Notes: generated by a model not told the origin, from the letters alone. Shown: positions 30,571-41,542, numbered from the stretch's first letter. The stretch is DNA of 64,000 bases from an uncultured Clostridia bacterium (GCA_963931085.1 OZ006973.1:1200497-1264496); one strand, 5' to 3'. Numbers and translations: made by a program.

Positions 30571-30610
30571 AAAAAGCAGGTCACCTATGCTAGCGGTGAC
30601 CTGTTTTTTT
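30571..30610. terminator. bidirectional intrinsic terminator shared by the 79-aa gene and pheT
   Basis: A6-CAGGTCACC-loop-GGTGACCTG-T7; the T-run overlaps the pheT stop. Confidence 0.7.
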
Positions 30611-32978
30611 ATCTTAATTCTGCTTTTAATTCTTTTTCAAGTCTTTCTATAATTTTTTCTACAGCTTTATTTATTTCATCATCAGTCAATGTTCTATTCT
30701 GTGATGCAAATGTAAGTGAATATGCTAAAGACTTCTTGCCCTCAGGGATTCCTTTTCCAGTATAAATGTCAAACACTTCACTTGATGAAAGAAGTGATCC
30801 TCCTGCTTTTTTAATATTTACTTCAATATCTTTTGAAGTAACTTTATCATCAACTACTATTGCGATATCTTTTTTAACTTCTGGATATTTTGAAATTTCT
30901 TTATATTTCATTTTACTTACTTTTTTAGAAAGAAGTTTATCTAAATCAATCTCTAATATATAAACATCTTCACTTTCTACAGAAGGATGAATCTTTCCAA
31001 TTAATCCTACTATATCATTATTTACAGAAATTAAAGCAGATTGACCTGGATGCATATCTTCTGGCAAGTTTTCTTTATCTTTTACAAAGCTATATCTTGA
31101 GTTATATCCTAGATAATCTAGAATTTCTTCTGCAACACCTTTTATTACATAAAAATCTACTTTTTGTTTATTTATTCCTAAGTAATAATCTCCTGACATT
31201 AATGCAGCAAGTTTATTTGTTTCTGAATACTCATCAGCTTTCTTTTGAAAAGCTTTTCCCATTTCAAAGATACAAACATCTTTATTATCTCTTGCCTTAT
31301 TATATTGATATATTTTATATAAAGCCACTGATAAACTATGTCTTAAAGTGTTTTTATCTTCTGATAAAGGATCTAATAATTTTACTTTTTCATAATCATC
31401 TTTTGTAAACATCTTACTTTCATTTTCAGGAACTAGTATATAAGATAAAGTTTCACTTAATCCTAAATCTATCATTTTATTTCTAATCTGTCTTGATACT
31501 TTATCATAACTTCCCATCTTAGGAGCAATGTCTGGTAACTTTCCTTTAATATTATTTACGCCATATATACGTCCAACTTCTTCTATTAAATCTTCTTTTA
31601 TAGAAATATCAATTCTTCTTTTAGGGACAGAAACTGTAATTACATCATTATTTACTTTTGTCTTAAATCCTAATCTTCTAAATACATCTAATATATCTTC
31701 TTCTTTAATATTCATTCCTAAAATTGAATTAATATTTTTAGTAGTAATGTCAATTACTTTATCAGATCTATCTGTTGTATCATATTTTGCCATACCACCC
31801 ACTACTTCAGCATCAGCATATTTTTCTAGTAAATTACAAGATCTTTCTATTGCCATATATGTTCTATTTGAATCTAATCCTTTTTCAAATCTATTACTTG
31901 CTTCACTTCTTAAAATAGAATTAGATGTTCTTCTTACTTTTACTCCATCAAATATAGCAGCTTCGATAATTATATTTTTAGTCTTATCTGTAATCTCAGT
32001 ATCCAAACCTCCCATTACTCCGGCAAGTCCTATTGATCTTTCTCCATCTGAGATTACTATATCTTCAGTCTTTAATGTTCTTTCTATTCCATCTAATGTT
32101 GTTAATTTCTCTCCTTCTTCTGCCATTCTAACTTCTAAGACACCTTTTAAAGTATCTGCATCATAGAAATGAAGTGGCTGTCCTGTTTCAAGCATTACAT
32201 AATTACTAATATCCACAACATTATTAATAGGTCTTATTCCAGATGCTATTAATCTATTTTTAATAAAATCTGGGCTTTCTTTAATTTGTACATTTTTAAC
32301 TTTTTTAGCTAGGAATATAGAACAATTTTCTGTATTTATTTTTAATTTAAATGAATCGTTTAAATCTTCTTTATTTTCTTTATGTGATAAATCAATATCT
32401 TTTACTTTTTTATCATATATAGCACCAACTTCATATGCCATACCTAAAATACTTAGTAAATCCCCTCTATTTGCTGTTAGATCAAAGTCAATTACTTCAT
32501 CATCTAATTTCATATATTTTATAGGATCTTCTCCAACTTTAGCATCTAATGGTAATTCATGAATTCCTGCTTTATCAGCTTCCGTTAAGAACTTATTTTC
32601 AAGTCCAAGTTCAGCAATAGAACATAACATTCCATTTGATTCTTCTCCTCTTATTACGCTTTTCTTAATAACTCCACCTGGAAGAATTGCTCCTGGAAGT
32701 GCTACTATAACTTTTAAACCTTTTCTTGCATTTGGAGCTCCACATACTATATCTAATACTTTGTCTCCAATATCTACTTTGCAACAATGAAGATGATCTG
32801 AATCTGGATGCATTGTGCATTCTTTTATCTCTCCAATTACTAGGTTTGTAGCATTTATTAATTTTCCAGCATCGTCATATTCATTTCCTGCACTTGTCAT
32901 ATCTTCTGCTAATTTTTTTACATCTAAATCTTTATCTAAATCTAAATAATCTCTTAAAAAATTAATACTTAATTTCAT
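30609..32978 (-). CDS. pheT: phenylalanyl-tRNA synthetase beta subunit
   Basis: ~789 aa. tRNA-binding OB, B3/B4, B5, and a C-terminal FDX-ACB domain. RBS AAAGGATGA. Confidence 0.9.
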   Translation of the reverse strand: MKLSINFLRDYLDLDKDLDVKKLAEDMTSAGNEYDDAGKLINATNLVIGEIKECTMHPDSDHLHCCKVDIGDKVLDIVCGAPNARKGLKVIVALPGAILPGGVIKKSVIRGEESNGMLCSIAELGLENKFLTEADKAGIHELPLDAKVGEDPIKYMKLDDEVIDFDLTANRGDLLSILGMAYEVGAIYDKKVKDIDLSHKENKEDLNDSFKLKINTENCSIFLAKKVKNVQIKESPDFIKNRLIASGIRPINNVVDISNYVMLETGQPLHFYDADTLKGVLEVRMAEEGEKLTTLDGIERTLKTEDIVISDGERSIGLAGVMGGLDTEITDKTKNIIIEAAIFDGVKVRRTSNSILRSEASNRFEKGLDSNRTYMAIERSCNLLEKYADAEVVGGMAKYDTTDRSDKVIDITTKNINSILGMNIKEEDILDVFRRLGFKTKVNNDVITVSVPKRRIDISIKEDLIEEVGRIYGVNNIKGKLPDIAPKMGSYDKVSRQIRNKMIDLGLSETLSYILVPENESKMFTKDDYEKVKLLDPLSEDKNTLRHSLSVALYKIYQYNKARDNKDVCIFEMGKAFQKKADEYSETNKLAALMSGDYYLGINKQKVDFYVIKGVAEEILDYLGYNSRYSFVKDKENLPEDMHPGQSALISVNNDIVGLIGKIHPSVESEDVYILEIDLDKLLSKKVSKMKYKEISKYPEVKKDIAIVVDDKVTSKDIEVNIKKAGGSLLSSSEVFDIYTGKGIPEGKKSLAYSLTFASQNRTLTDDEINKAVEKIIERLEKELKAELR

Positions 32979-34017
32979 ATTCTTCATCCTTTCTATCGAA
33001 TTGTTTTAAAAATCTTACATCATTTTGATATAAAAGTCTTATATCAGTAATTCCGTATTTAAACATCGCAAGTCTATCTAATCCTACACCAAATGCAAAT
33101 CCAGAGTATTTGTCTGGATCATATCCATTCATTTTTAAAACATTTGGATGAACTATACCAGAACCTAGAAGCTCAATCCATCCTGTTTGTTTACACAAAT
33201 TACATCCTTTTCCACCACATTTAAAACATGAAACATCAACCTCATATGATGGTTCTGTAAATGGAAAATAACTAGGTCTAAATCTAAGTTCTGTATTTTG
33301 TCCAAGCATCTTTTTCATAAATACTTCTAAAGTACCTTTTAAATCTGCTAAAGATATATTTTTATCTACGACTAATCCTTCAACTTGATTAAATTGATGT
33401 GAATGTGTAGCATCATCTTCTCTTCTAAAAGTCTTTCCTGGAACTATTACTCTTATAGGTGTTTTTTCAGTATTTGCCATCATAGTTCTTGCTTGAACTG
33501 CAGAAGTTTGAGTTCTAAGTAAATATTCAGTAGTAATATAAAAACTATCTTGCATATCACGAGCTGGATGTCCTTTTGGAAGATTTAATCTTTCAAAACA
33601 ATATTCATCTGTTTCAAGCTCTGGTCCTGAAACTACATCATATCCCATAGAAACAAATAAATCTTCAACCTCTTCAATTATTCTGTTTAATGGATGCTTA
33701 CTTCCTCTTCTTGTTTTTTTACTTGGAAGTGTAATATCAATATTTTCTTCCTCTAATTTCTTATTTAGTTCTATTTTCTTTAGTTCTTCTTCTCTTTTCG
33801 TAATTTCAGAATTTAATTCTTCTTTAGCTTCATTTACTAAAGCTCCCATAATAGGTCTTTCTTCTTTTGATAAATTTCCCATTCCTCTTAAAAGTTCTGT
33901 AAGTTTTCCCTTTTTTCCTAGATACATTATTCTCAAATCATTTAGCTGTTGTAAACTTTCAGAATTTTTAATTTCTTTAATCGCATTTTCTTTAATTGAA
34001 ATAATTTCGTCTTTCAT
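32962..34017 (-). CDS. pheS: phenylalanyl-tRNA synthetase alpha subunit
   Basis: 351 aa. Class II motifs, including [12 protein letters not shown] and [10 protein letters not shown]...[13 protein letters not shown]. Confidence 0.92.
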   Translation of the reverse strand: MKDEIISIKENAIKEIKNSESLQQLNDLRIMYLGKKGKLTELLRGMGNLSKEERPIMGALVNEAKEELNSEITKREEELKKIELNKKLEEENIDITLPSKKTRRGSKHPLNRIIEEVEDLFVSMGYDVVSGPELETDEYCFERLNLPKGHPARDMQDSFYITTEYLLRTQTSAVQARTMMANTEKTPIRVIVPGKTFRREDDATHSHQFNQVEGLVVDKNISLADLKGTLEVFMKKMLGQNTELRFRPSYFPFTEPSYEVDVSCFKCGGKGCNLCKQTGWIELLGSGIVHPNVLKMNGYDPDKYSGFAFGVGLDRLAMFKYGITDIRLLYQNDVRFLKQFDRKDEEYEIKY

Positions 34018-34049
34018 TGCTTCCTCCTTATATATTAATTATTTATATC

Positions 34050-34345
34050 ATACAAAAAAGCCTTTCATCCTTATAGGACGAAAGGCTTATATATTTCGTG
34101 GTACCACCTAATTTTATTAAATAATTGAATACATATATTTACATTAATATATAAATATATAAATATATAAAATAATTATCTAACCTCTTAAGTTATAACG
34201 TTACTAACGTCTACATCTACTTTTATTTCAATATAGAATCTCCAAAGTGAAATTTCAATAAGTAATATATAAATAAGCTCCCAGCAAATTACTTATTCTC
34301 TCTTAATATATTTTCTACTTATCTACTTTGCTTTTTCTTAGATTT
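34050..34345 (-). promoter_or_regulatory. T-box riboswitch leader, probable Phe (UUC) specifier, for pheS-pheT
   Basis: Minus-strand RNA has AGGUGGUACCACG (plus 34097-34112) overlapping the terminator AAGCCUUUCGUCC-UAUAAG-GAUGAAAGGCUU plus U-run at 34055-34088. Stem I AGAGAGAAUAAG and a UUC-A specifier candidate lie upstream. Confidence 0.8.
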
Positions 34346-34421
34346 TATTTCTTATTCGTTTTATTATAAATTATATCTCCTTTAAAAAGATATTCTGCTT
34401 ACAATTAAGTATTTTAGCACA

Positions 34422-35237
34422 TTATTCGTCATTTGACAATATATTTTTGCTTTTTTCTTCTATTATCATTTCTACTGATTCTATTAAATTATTTTCATTA
34501 TATTTTTTACTTCTTTTTAATTCTTTTAATTTTTCTTCATTAAATTTATTTATTCTTTCTCTTATATTAGAAAAAACATTATTTTCAATCATTTTTCTAG
34601 GATTTATTCTTCCAAAAAAGAATTTTTTTGCACCTTTGAAAATCTGAGGTCCTTTAATTTTTGTTTGTATTTCTTTTTCTTCTGTTTCCATGGCTTCATT
34701 AAGCTCTTTTTGTTTTTCTTTTATTTTAGCATTAATAGTCGTTTTTAACCTTCTAGCTTTTGCTTCACTTTTTGATATTTCATCTTCTTTTTCATATATT
34801 ATTTCTGCAATTTCATCATCACTATTATCAAGTTTTGCTCTTGCTTTAATTTCTTTTCCTTTTAATTTATAAATCTCATTATATTTTTCTAATTGAACTA
34901 AGTCCTCTTCTAATAATTTTACATACCCCATTGTAATAATATTATCAAAATTAGTACCAATATCATTAAGAGCATCTTTATACTTATTTAGTAAATCATT
35001 TTTATTTTCTTCTATATCTTCAAATTTCTTTTTATTTTCTAAAACTTTAGAATTTATATCATTAATGCCATATATAATTACATTTTCAACATTAGAAGTC
35101 TTATTGCTTACTATATTTTCTGTATTTTTATATTGATAAGCTGAAGAAACAATTGCATTTAATTTAGATAATAAAAGTGCTTCTTTCATTAAATTGTTAA
35201 AATCGTTATCTTTATTTTTTTTCACTTTACTAACCAT
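34422..35237 (-). CDS. hypothetical coiled-coil protein
   Basis: 271 aa, Lys/Glu-rich heptad-like sequence, RBS GAGGTGA. Confidence 0.45.
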   Translation of the reverse strand: MVSKVKKNKDNDFNNLMKEALLLSKLNAIVSSAYQYKNTENIVSNKTSNVENVIIYGINDINSKVLENKKKFEDIEENKNDLLNKYKDALNDIGTNFDNIITMGYVKLLEEDLVQLEKYNEIYKLKGKEIKARAKLDNSDDEIAEIIYEKEDEISKSEAKARRLKTTINAKIKEKQKELNEAMETEEKEIQTKIKGPQIFKGAKKFFFGRINPRKMIENNVFSNIRERINKFNEEKLKELKRSKKYNENNLIESVEMIIEEKSKNILSNDE

Positions 35238-35247
35238 TTATTCACCT

Positions 35248-35388
35248 CTAATTAACTGCTTTTTTTATTTCTCTTTTTATTTTTGCTTTATCATTTTCTA
35301 TAATTTTTAAGAGATTTTCTAATTCTTCTTCTGTCATGTAGTCTAAATTATATATTTCATTATTGTATGACACTGTTCCTAAACTCAT
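35248..35388 (-). CDS. small (46-aa) hypothetical protein immediately upstream of the coiled-coil gene
   Basis: RBS GAGG; encodes MSLGTVSYNNEIYNLDYMTEEELENLLKIIENDKAKIKREIKKAVN. Not in the ORF track. Confidence 0.3.
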   Translation of the reverse strand: MSLGTVSYNNEIYNLDYMTEEELENLLKIIENDKAKIKREIKKAVN

Positions 35389-35435
35389 AATAAAAAACCT
35401 CTTTTCTTAATTTTCTTATACTTATAGATAAAGCG

Positions 35436-35462
35436 GACTTATCTCGTCCGCTTCATATTTTA
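35436..35462. terminator. hairpin terminator downstream of the DUF5050 gene
   Basis: AGCGGAC-TTATCTC-GTCCGCT with T-rich flank. Confidence 0.45.
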
Positions 35463-35470
35463 TTTATAAT

Positions 35471-36730
35471 TTACTTTGATTCTTCATTTTTTTCTACATC
35501 AAATTCTTTAACTTCTGCAGATGAGATTTTTCCAGATAAATCTTCTTTTTCTGTTCCATCTGTTTTTACTCTATATAATGTATTGTAATAGTAGTTATCT
35601 TGAATTCTATCTTCAAAATAAATGTAATCTCCAACTACATTTATGTTACTATATGCTACTTCTGTCTCAACAATTTTATTTGTTTCGTTCTTTTTAGTAT
35701 TTAATCTATAAATAGCATATTTGTTAGCTACTCCTGCTTCTCCTTCTTCAGAAGTTCCTTCATAATCTGAGAAATAATAAATATCATTTTTAACAACATT
35801 AAATGTTTTTACATTTTTATCTACTATTACTGTTTCTTCTTCTCCAGATAGATTTGTTCTTACTAATTTATCTGCTTTATCTATATAATAAATATAGTCT
35901 TTATCAACTTGAAAATCATTAGCATTTACATTCTCTAAATCTTGTTTGTTTTCAAAATCTTTTAAATCAATTTTAACCATTTCATCATCAGTATTTTTTA
36001 TATAAATATATCCTTCATATATTTGGAAATCACTAACTTCTATATCATCTCTTATAATTTCAGTATTTTTTCCATTAGTTTTTGTTCTAGATAAATTTAG
36101 GTTATCATTTATATAATACACATAATTATCAACAACTGACATTAATTCATAATTTTCAAATAAGTGTTCTGTATTTTCTTGATACTCTGCATTGTTTCTA
36201 TAACAAGATATATCATTTACTAAAACTTCTCTTTTATTTCCATTAGTTTTAACAATATCTCTTGTTCCATTTTGTGCATCTACTTTCATATAGTATATCC
36301 AATTTCCGCTTTTATTTACTGAATAAGCAACTATATCATCTGTAAATGTTTCATAAGTTTTTACTTTTCCGCTTGAAGATATACTATATACTCCTGATCT
36401 ATGATTATTTTCTGTTTCTTCTTCATTATTATTAATATAAGATATTACTACTTTGCTTCCATCTTTTAGAGCAAATCCTTTGTTATTTGTATTTCCTGAA
36501 GTATTACCATATCTAGTTCCTATTATAGCAATTACTATTACTACAATTAAAACTATTAAAATAACAGCTGATACAATTCCTAAGATAATTTTATTCTTTT
36601 TCTCCATATTTTTAATACTTTCTTTAAATCTTGTAAAATTATCTGGAATATTTTTAAAAAACTCTTTTACTTTTCCAAAAGCTGTTTTAAAAACATTTTT
36701 CTTTTCATTATTTTCTTTTTTCTCACTCAT
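35471..36730 (-). CDS. DUF5050-type beta-propeller repeat protein, membrane-anchored
   Basis: 419 aa. One TM, then a repeated DYIYY/DNYVYYIND-type motif. Confidence 0.55.
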   Translation of the reverse strand: MSEKKENNEKKNVFKTAFGKVKEFFKNIPDNFTRFKESIKNMEKKNKIILGIVSAVILIVLIVVIVIAIIGTRYGNTSGNTNNKGFALKDGSKVVISYINNNEEETENNHRSGVYSISSSGKVKTYETFTDDIVAYSVNKSGNWIYYMKVDAQNGTRDIVKTNGNKREVLVNDISCYRNNAEYQENTEHLFENYELMSVVDNYVYYINDNLNLSRTKTNGKNTEIIRDDIEVSDFQIYEGYIYIKNTDDEMVKIDLKDFENKQDLENVNANDFQVDKDYIYYIDKADKLVRTNLSGEEETVIVDKNVKTFNVVKNDIYYFSDYEGTSEEGEAGVANKYAIYRLNTKKNETNKIVETEVAYSNINVVGDYIYFEDRIQDNYYYNTLYRVKTDGTEKEDLSGKISSAEVKEFDVEKNEESK

Positions 36731-36821
36731 AGAAACACCTCATTTTTTCTTTTGCATTTTATATTAATATTATATATATAATCACTTTTTATTGTCAATT
36801 AAATAATCTTTATTTTATAAA

Positions 36822-37840
36822 TTATTTTAAATATAATACAAGTCTAAATCCAATATATGTGTATGCACCGTCATATTCAGCAACTCTGCAAGAAATTGGG
36901 TAATTTATACCATCATTGTGGAATCCTCCACCTCTACCTGAATGGTTCTTTTCGTATATATCTCCCCATTCTTCTGTAGATATTTCCCAAACATTACCTG
37001 CCAAATCATATATATTATTTGTTACCCATTTTGAATTACGTCCAGTAACTGCTTTTGATTTTGTACCTTCTATATTATTTGCATAATTTCCATATGATGT
37101 AGAATTATAAATATCATACCCTGAATTTTCAAGCCATTTGCATAATGTATCCCAAACAAAACTACTTGTAATATCTGATTTAACTGATGAACTGTCTGCA
37201 TAAGTATTTTGTGCGATTTCTCTCATTCTATCATAAACTATTTCAGTTAAAGGTACTGCACCAGATACTGTACTTGCTTTATTTTCATCTTCTGCATCTT
37301 GACTTGCTTCATATCTACCAATATAAAATCCTCTATATTTATTTACACTATCCATATATTCAGCATTTGATTCTGCAGATTCTGAAAAATTTGCTTCAGC
37401 TACTTCTACTTCATTAGTACTTCCTATATTTGTAGTATTTTCTTCATCTGATGTATTTGTGTTTGGATTTTCAAAAGTTCTTCTAGCAAACACTATATTA
37501 TCAGTTGGTACCCACACAAATTCATTTCCTTTTTCATCTTTAATAACAGCTCCTGTAGATACTGTACCTTCTACATATGTAAATCCTTTTGGTAGTGGAA
37601 TTTTTGAACCGTCAGAAGTTTCTACATACTCAACTTCTTGAGCATCTTCATTTTCTTGATCTACAGTATTTTCATCTTGTGCAACATTTTCAGCTACTGT
37701 ATTTGTTTCTTCTGATACTTGATTATTATTATTTTGATTATCACTGTTTTTTGGGATTAAAACTATTGCAAGAACTGCAATAATTGATATAACTAAAACA
37801 ATTGCTACAGAAATTATAATCATTTTCATCGTTTTATTAT
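36822..37840 (-). CDS. formylglycine-generating-enzyme (SUMF1/FGE-sulfatase) domain protein, membrane-anchored
   Basis: ~339 aa from MMKNNKTMKM, with RBS AAAGGAG. The C-terminal domain has GRYEASQDAE...YDLAGNVWEISTEEW...GGGFHNDG...GFRLVL, the FGE-sulfatase signature. The longer ORF-track version overlaps the tmRNA, so I prefer the internal start. Confidence 0.65.
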
Positions 37841-37861
37841 TTTTCATCATAAGTGTTTCTC

Positions 37862-38224
37862 CTTTATAATATGGTGGAGACGAGGAGAGTCGAACTCCTG
37901 TCCAGAATTTCATCCATATAAACTTCTCCGAGTGCAGTTTGTTATTAATTTTCCAAATATTATTCATTAACAAACAAACGAATAATATTTGTATCTTCTA
38001 AAATCCCTCTATTATCGAAGAATATAATAGATTCGTTTCCTACTAATTCGGCGCCTTAATCTTTAGTCGTAGGTTACTAAAGTAAGACGTTGCTGCAAAC
38101 TAGGCAGCAATAGCTAATTCTTTATTATCAGCGTTTATTTTTAAATTGCATCTTTTATGGTGGCCAGATGCTCCACCACTCGCTATTTATATTTCAAAAA
38201 AGCTGTCGAAACCATTACGTCCCC
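37862..38224 (-). ncRNA. ssrA: tmRNA (SsrA), encoded tag ADNKELAIAA
   Basis: Minus-strand 5' end GGGGACGUAAUGGUUUCGACAGC (canonical tmRNA start). 3' end GGACAGGAGUUCGACUCUCCUCGUCUCCACCA (T-arm, acceptor, CCA). Internal ORF GCT GAT AAT AAA GAA TTA GCT ATT GCT GCC TAG. Confidence 0.9.
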
Positions 38225-38323
38225 ATATAAAAGTATTATACATTATTTAAAAAGTTTATACAATAATTTTAAATTAAAAAAAATCTCTAAAATATTTATT
38301 TTTAATATTTTAAAGATTTTATT

Positions 38324-38953
38324 TTAGAACACTTTTTTTACTTCTTCTATCACATATTCTGAAACTAAAGTTGTACAATCATAATCAATATTTTCTATTT
38401 TTTCTCTTATTCCAAATACTAGAGATGAAGTTATAACAATATCTAAAATATATATTGAAAATAACACACTTGCACATGTATTTAAAACTTCTTTTGGAAT
38501 CTTTTTTATTTGCTTTAACAAAAAGGGCTCTACATAACTTATTAATATGGTTGCAAGTACACCAAATAGCACTGTCGTTACAAGCCATACTCTACCATTT
38601 ATATTAAATGGATTTACATCATCTGTATATTGCCACCATCTTCCACCAAATAAAACTTCCATAACATAGCCTACTACATATTCAAAAACTGTACAAGCTA
38701 AAAAAGATAAGAAAAATAACTTAAGTGGTTTATCTTTATATTTTCCGAATAAAACAGTAATTAAAATACAACCAAATCCATATATTGAACAATAAGGTCC
38801 AATTAAAAATCCTCTGTTTACAAAGCTCCCTGTTTTAAAATAAAAAATAATTACTTCCATTATCCAGCCCATAACAGCATATGTAGTAAATAATAAAAAA
38901 TATTCAATTATAATATTCAGATTTTCTTTTATTTTATCTGTTAAAATCTTCAT
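38324..38953 (-). CDS. polytopic membrane protein (possibly 'putative ABC-transporter type IV' family), hypothetical
   Basis: 209 aa, 6 TM helices, GW/FG-rich, RBS AAGGAAG. Confidence 0.4.
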   Translation of the reverse strand: MKILTDKIKENLNIIIEYFLLFTTYAVMGWIMEVIIFYFKTGSFVNRGFLIGPYCSIYGFGCILITVLFGKYKDKPLKLFFLSFLACTVFEYVVGYVMEVLFGGRWWQYTDDVNPFNINGRVWLVTTVLFGVLATILISYVEPFLLKQIKKIPKEVLNTCASVLFSIYILDIVITSSLVFGIREKIENIDYDCTTLVSEYVIEEVKKVF

Positions 38954-39058
38954 ATATTATTAATCTTCCTTAAAAATTTGACAATTAATATTATACTATA
39001 TTATTTTAACATTTTCAAGTATTATGTAAAGTTGTTATATTCTGGGAAAAAATATATT

Positions 39059-39727
39059 TTACATATATAACAAATAATTAAATATAAACCAGAACTGACA
39101 GAAACTTCCTAACATTACAAATATATGAAAGATTTCATGAAATCCCCAATATTTTGATTTTAATTTTGGCCATTTTTTAGCATATAGTACTCCTCCAATA
39201 GTATAAAAAATTCCTCCTGCTAAAAGCCAAAGCATACCTTCAATTCCTCTTGGAATCTGTGAAAAAATAGTAATCATTGGATATAGTGCAATTACCACAG
39301 TCCAACCCATTATAATATATATTGCTGTAGTTAATTTTCTTGGTGCATCAATCCATACTGCTGTTAAAATTGTTCCAATTATAGCCATTGCCCATACAAT
39401 TCCAAAAATTGTCCATCCCCAAGGTCCTCTAAGTGGGCCAAGGCACACTGGAGTATATGTTGCTGCAATTAAAATATATATCATAATATGATCAAATTTT
39501 CTAAATACTCTTGTTCCTTTTTCTTTTAAATTTAGCATATGATATAATGTGCTAAACAAATAAAGCAAAAGAAGAGCTACTCCGAAAATAGTAAAACTAA
39601 CAATATCCCATGCTTTTTCATTACTATACAAAGCTGCAAAAACTATTAACAAAACTAAACCCGCTAATGATAATGCAGCCCCTATCAAATGAGTAATTCC
39701 ACTTACTGGATCTTTAATTCTAGCCAT
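39059..39727 (-). CDS. hemolysin III-family (PAQR/YqfA) channel protein
   Basis: 7-TM protein with HlyIII motifs SGITHLIGAA, LYHM, HIFV. RBS AAGGAGG before MARIK. Confidence 0.8.
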   Translation of the reverse strand: MARIKDPVSGITHLIGAALSLAGLVLLIVFAALYSNEKAWDIVSFTIFGVALLLLYLFSTLYHMLNLKEKGTRVFRKFDHIMIYILIAATYTPVCLGPLRGPWGWTIFGIVWAMAIIGTILTAVWIDAPRKLTTAIYIIMGWTVVIALYPMITIFSQIPRGIEGMLWLLAGGIFYTIGGVLYAKKWPKLKSKYWGFHEIFHIFVMLGSFCQFWFIFNYLLYM

Positions 39728-39795
39728 ATTCATCCTCCTTATCTAGTATTCAATACTAGATTATCACGTATTAATTATTCTGTCAATATATTTAA

Positions 39796-40302
39796 TTATA
39801 ATCTGTCATCAAAATATTTACTAATAGATTCTAACTCATTAAAATCAATTTGTCTTAACACATCATATGCAACTATTGCAACTGAATTAGACAAATTAAG
39901 TGATCTTAAAGTTTCTCTCATAGGAATTCTAATTGTTTTATCTATATATTTTAAAAGTAAATCTTCTGGTAAACCTTTTGTTTCCTTACCAAATAATAAA
40001 AATACTTCTTTAGATTTTTTAACATCTATATCTGAATATACATGTTTTCCTTTTGTTGTTACAAAAAACATATCGTTTTCTTCTGGTTTATATTTATTTA
40101 AGAAATCATTTAAAGATTCATGAACTTCTATTTCTACTTTATCCCAATAATCAAGTCCTGCTCTTTTTACACTTTTTTCAGATATATCAAAACCCAAAGG
40201 CTTTACTAAATGTAATTTGGCACCAATCGCAGCACAAGTTCTTGCAATATTTCCTGTATTTTGTGGTATTTCTGGTTCAACTAATACTATATCTAATTTC
40301 AT
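39796..40302 (-). CDS. trmL: tRNA (cytidine/uridine-2'-O)-methyltransferase TrmL (SpoU/TrmH family)
   Basis: 168 aa. VLVEPEIPQNTGNIARTCAA and the SPOUT knot motifs. Confidence 0.8.
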   Translation of the reverse strand: MKLDIVLVEPEIPQNTGNIARTCAAIGAKLHLVKPLGFDISEKSVKRAGLDYWDKVEIEVHESLNDFLNKYKPEENDMFFVTTKGKHVYSDIDVKKSKEVFLLFGKETKGLPEDLLLKYIDKTIRIPMRETLRSLNLSNSVAIVAYDVLRQIDFNELESISKYFDDRL

Positions 40303-40428
40303 TTTTGTCCTCCTTTAAAATTTGTAACTACACATAAATATACATCCATGAATAAAAAAATTCAAGACAAAAAAATAATCAATACACTTATTTAATTAGT
40401 ATATTGATTATTACATCTTTTATTATAT

Positions 40429-40887
40429 TTATGCTAAACATTTTCTAAAATATCTCTCCTCTACATCCTCTGTTTCATTTTCTAAAACAAATAGATTTTT
40501 TTGATAAAATCCTATAGCTCTTCCCATTCTTTCATATGTTCCAAGTACTAAATATTTAAATCCATTATCTTCTGCAAATCTTTCTAAAGTGTTTAATAAC
40601 TCTTGAGCTATACCACAACCTCTATATTCTTTTTTTACATACATTCTTTTAACTTCTAAAGTTTCATCATTAACAATTCTTCCTCCGATTGTTCCTAATA
40701 AATTACCATCTTCGTCTATTGCTATTAAAAAACTTCCACCTTCTTTGATGTATTTATATAAATCTTCATTTAGAATTTCATCTTCTCCTATTGTAATTTC
40801 AAATTCATCTTTATATATGCTACTTATTAAATTTCTAATATCATATTTGTATTCGTTTTTATATTCTATAATTTTATAATTCATCAT
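40429..40887 (-). CDS. GNAT-family N-acetyltransferase
   Basis: 152 aa. Acetyl-CoA-binding motif RGCGIAQELLN. RBS GGGAGG. Confidence 0.7.
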   Translation of the reverse strand: MMNYKIIEYKNEYKYDIRNLISSIYKDEFEITIGEDEILNEDLYKYIKEGGSFLIAIDEDGNLLGTIGGRIVNDETLEVKRMYVKKEYRGCGIAQELLNTLERFAEDNGFKYLVLGTYERMGRAIGFYQKNLFVLENETEDVEERYFRKCLA

Positions 40888-40935
40888 TTTTTACCTCCCT
40901 ATATATTTTTTAGGTGGCAAAAAGACAGTATTATC

Positions 40936-41055
40936 CTAGCAAAAATAATGGACAGCACAAATATTGCTTTTCCACAAGCCAAACAATACATATTCTATTT
41001 TGCCAAAGTTTGTCGAGTTTGCGTCTACGCACTTACTACCATCCGTACTATCCAT
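40936..41055 (-). CDS. small (39-aa) Cys-containing hydrophobic peptide with a strong RBS, hypothetical
   Basis: AAAGAGGTGAGAAATAATG gives MDSTDGSKCVDANSTNFGKIEYVLFGLWKSNICAVHYFC. It lies in a locally GC-elevated stretch just downstream of an intrinsic terminator. Not in the ORF track. Confidence 0.3.
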   Translation of the reverse strand: MDSTDGSKCVDANSTNFGKIEYVLFGLWKSNICAVHYFC

Positions 41056-41094
41056 TATTTCTCACCTCTTTTCTAAAATTATTTTAAATACAAA

Positions 41095-41125
41095 AAGTGC
41101 ACAGTCAAACGCTGTGCACTATTAA
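41095..41125 (-). terminator. intrinsic terminator (AGTGCACAG-CGTTTGA-CTGTGCACT plus U5) ending a ~200-nt unannotated transcribed region
   Basis: Perfect 9-bp stem; on the minus strand it is followed by TTTTTG. Confidence 0.55.
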
Positions 41126-41542
41126 AACACTCATGTATAAATAACAACCAACGTTTGAGCTTTAGCATTATAGGGCGTGTTCATTGTATTAATCAATACC
41201 TTAGAGTCGATATTGACTGCTATCCAGCTTATAATGTCTCCATTACTTCGCGGCAACAACCCATATCCCTATAGTAGCCTTACCTACCGATTTTTATTAT
41301 TTTATTCATTGCTAATAAATATTAGCACAATATTTTTGATATGTCAATATATTTTACTGATTTTTTTAATATTTTAAGTAATATTTTATTAAAGATATGT
41401 ATATCTCATTTTTTCTCTCTTAATCTCTTGTTTTTTCGTTTATTCTATATGATATATTAAAATAATATTTTAATATATCAAAATAATATTAAAAGGCAAG
41501 TAATAAATACTTGCCTTTAGTATTTAAATATCTATCAATTAT

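Noticed and set aside
31097-32166. Plus-strand ORFs inside pheT (31097-31408, 31528-32166) and similar antisense ORFs inside other long genes (e.g. 12095-12328, 25245-25556, 42836-43162, 57552-57791, 58368-58682)
   Set aside because: Each is antisense to a well-supported conserved gene, lacks an RBS and has Leu/Phe/Ile-rich composition. I treat these as spurious.
41126-41300. Assignment of the structured region to a specific riboswitch class (purine, SAM, c-di-AMP, fluoride, SRP or 6S RNA)
   Set aside because: By eye I could not match the conserved cores of any of these families. It is left as an unclassified candidate RNA in the findings.
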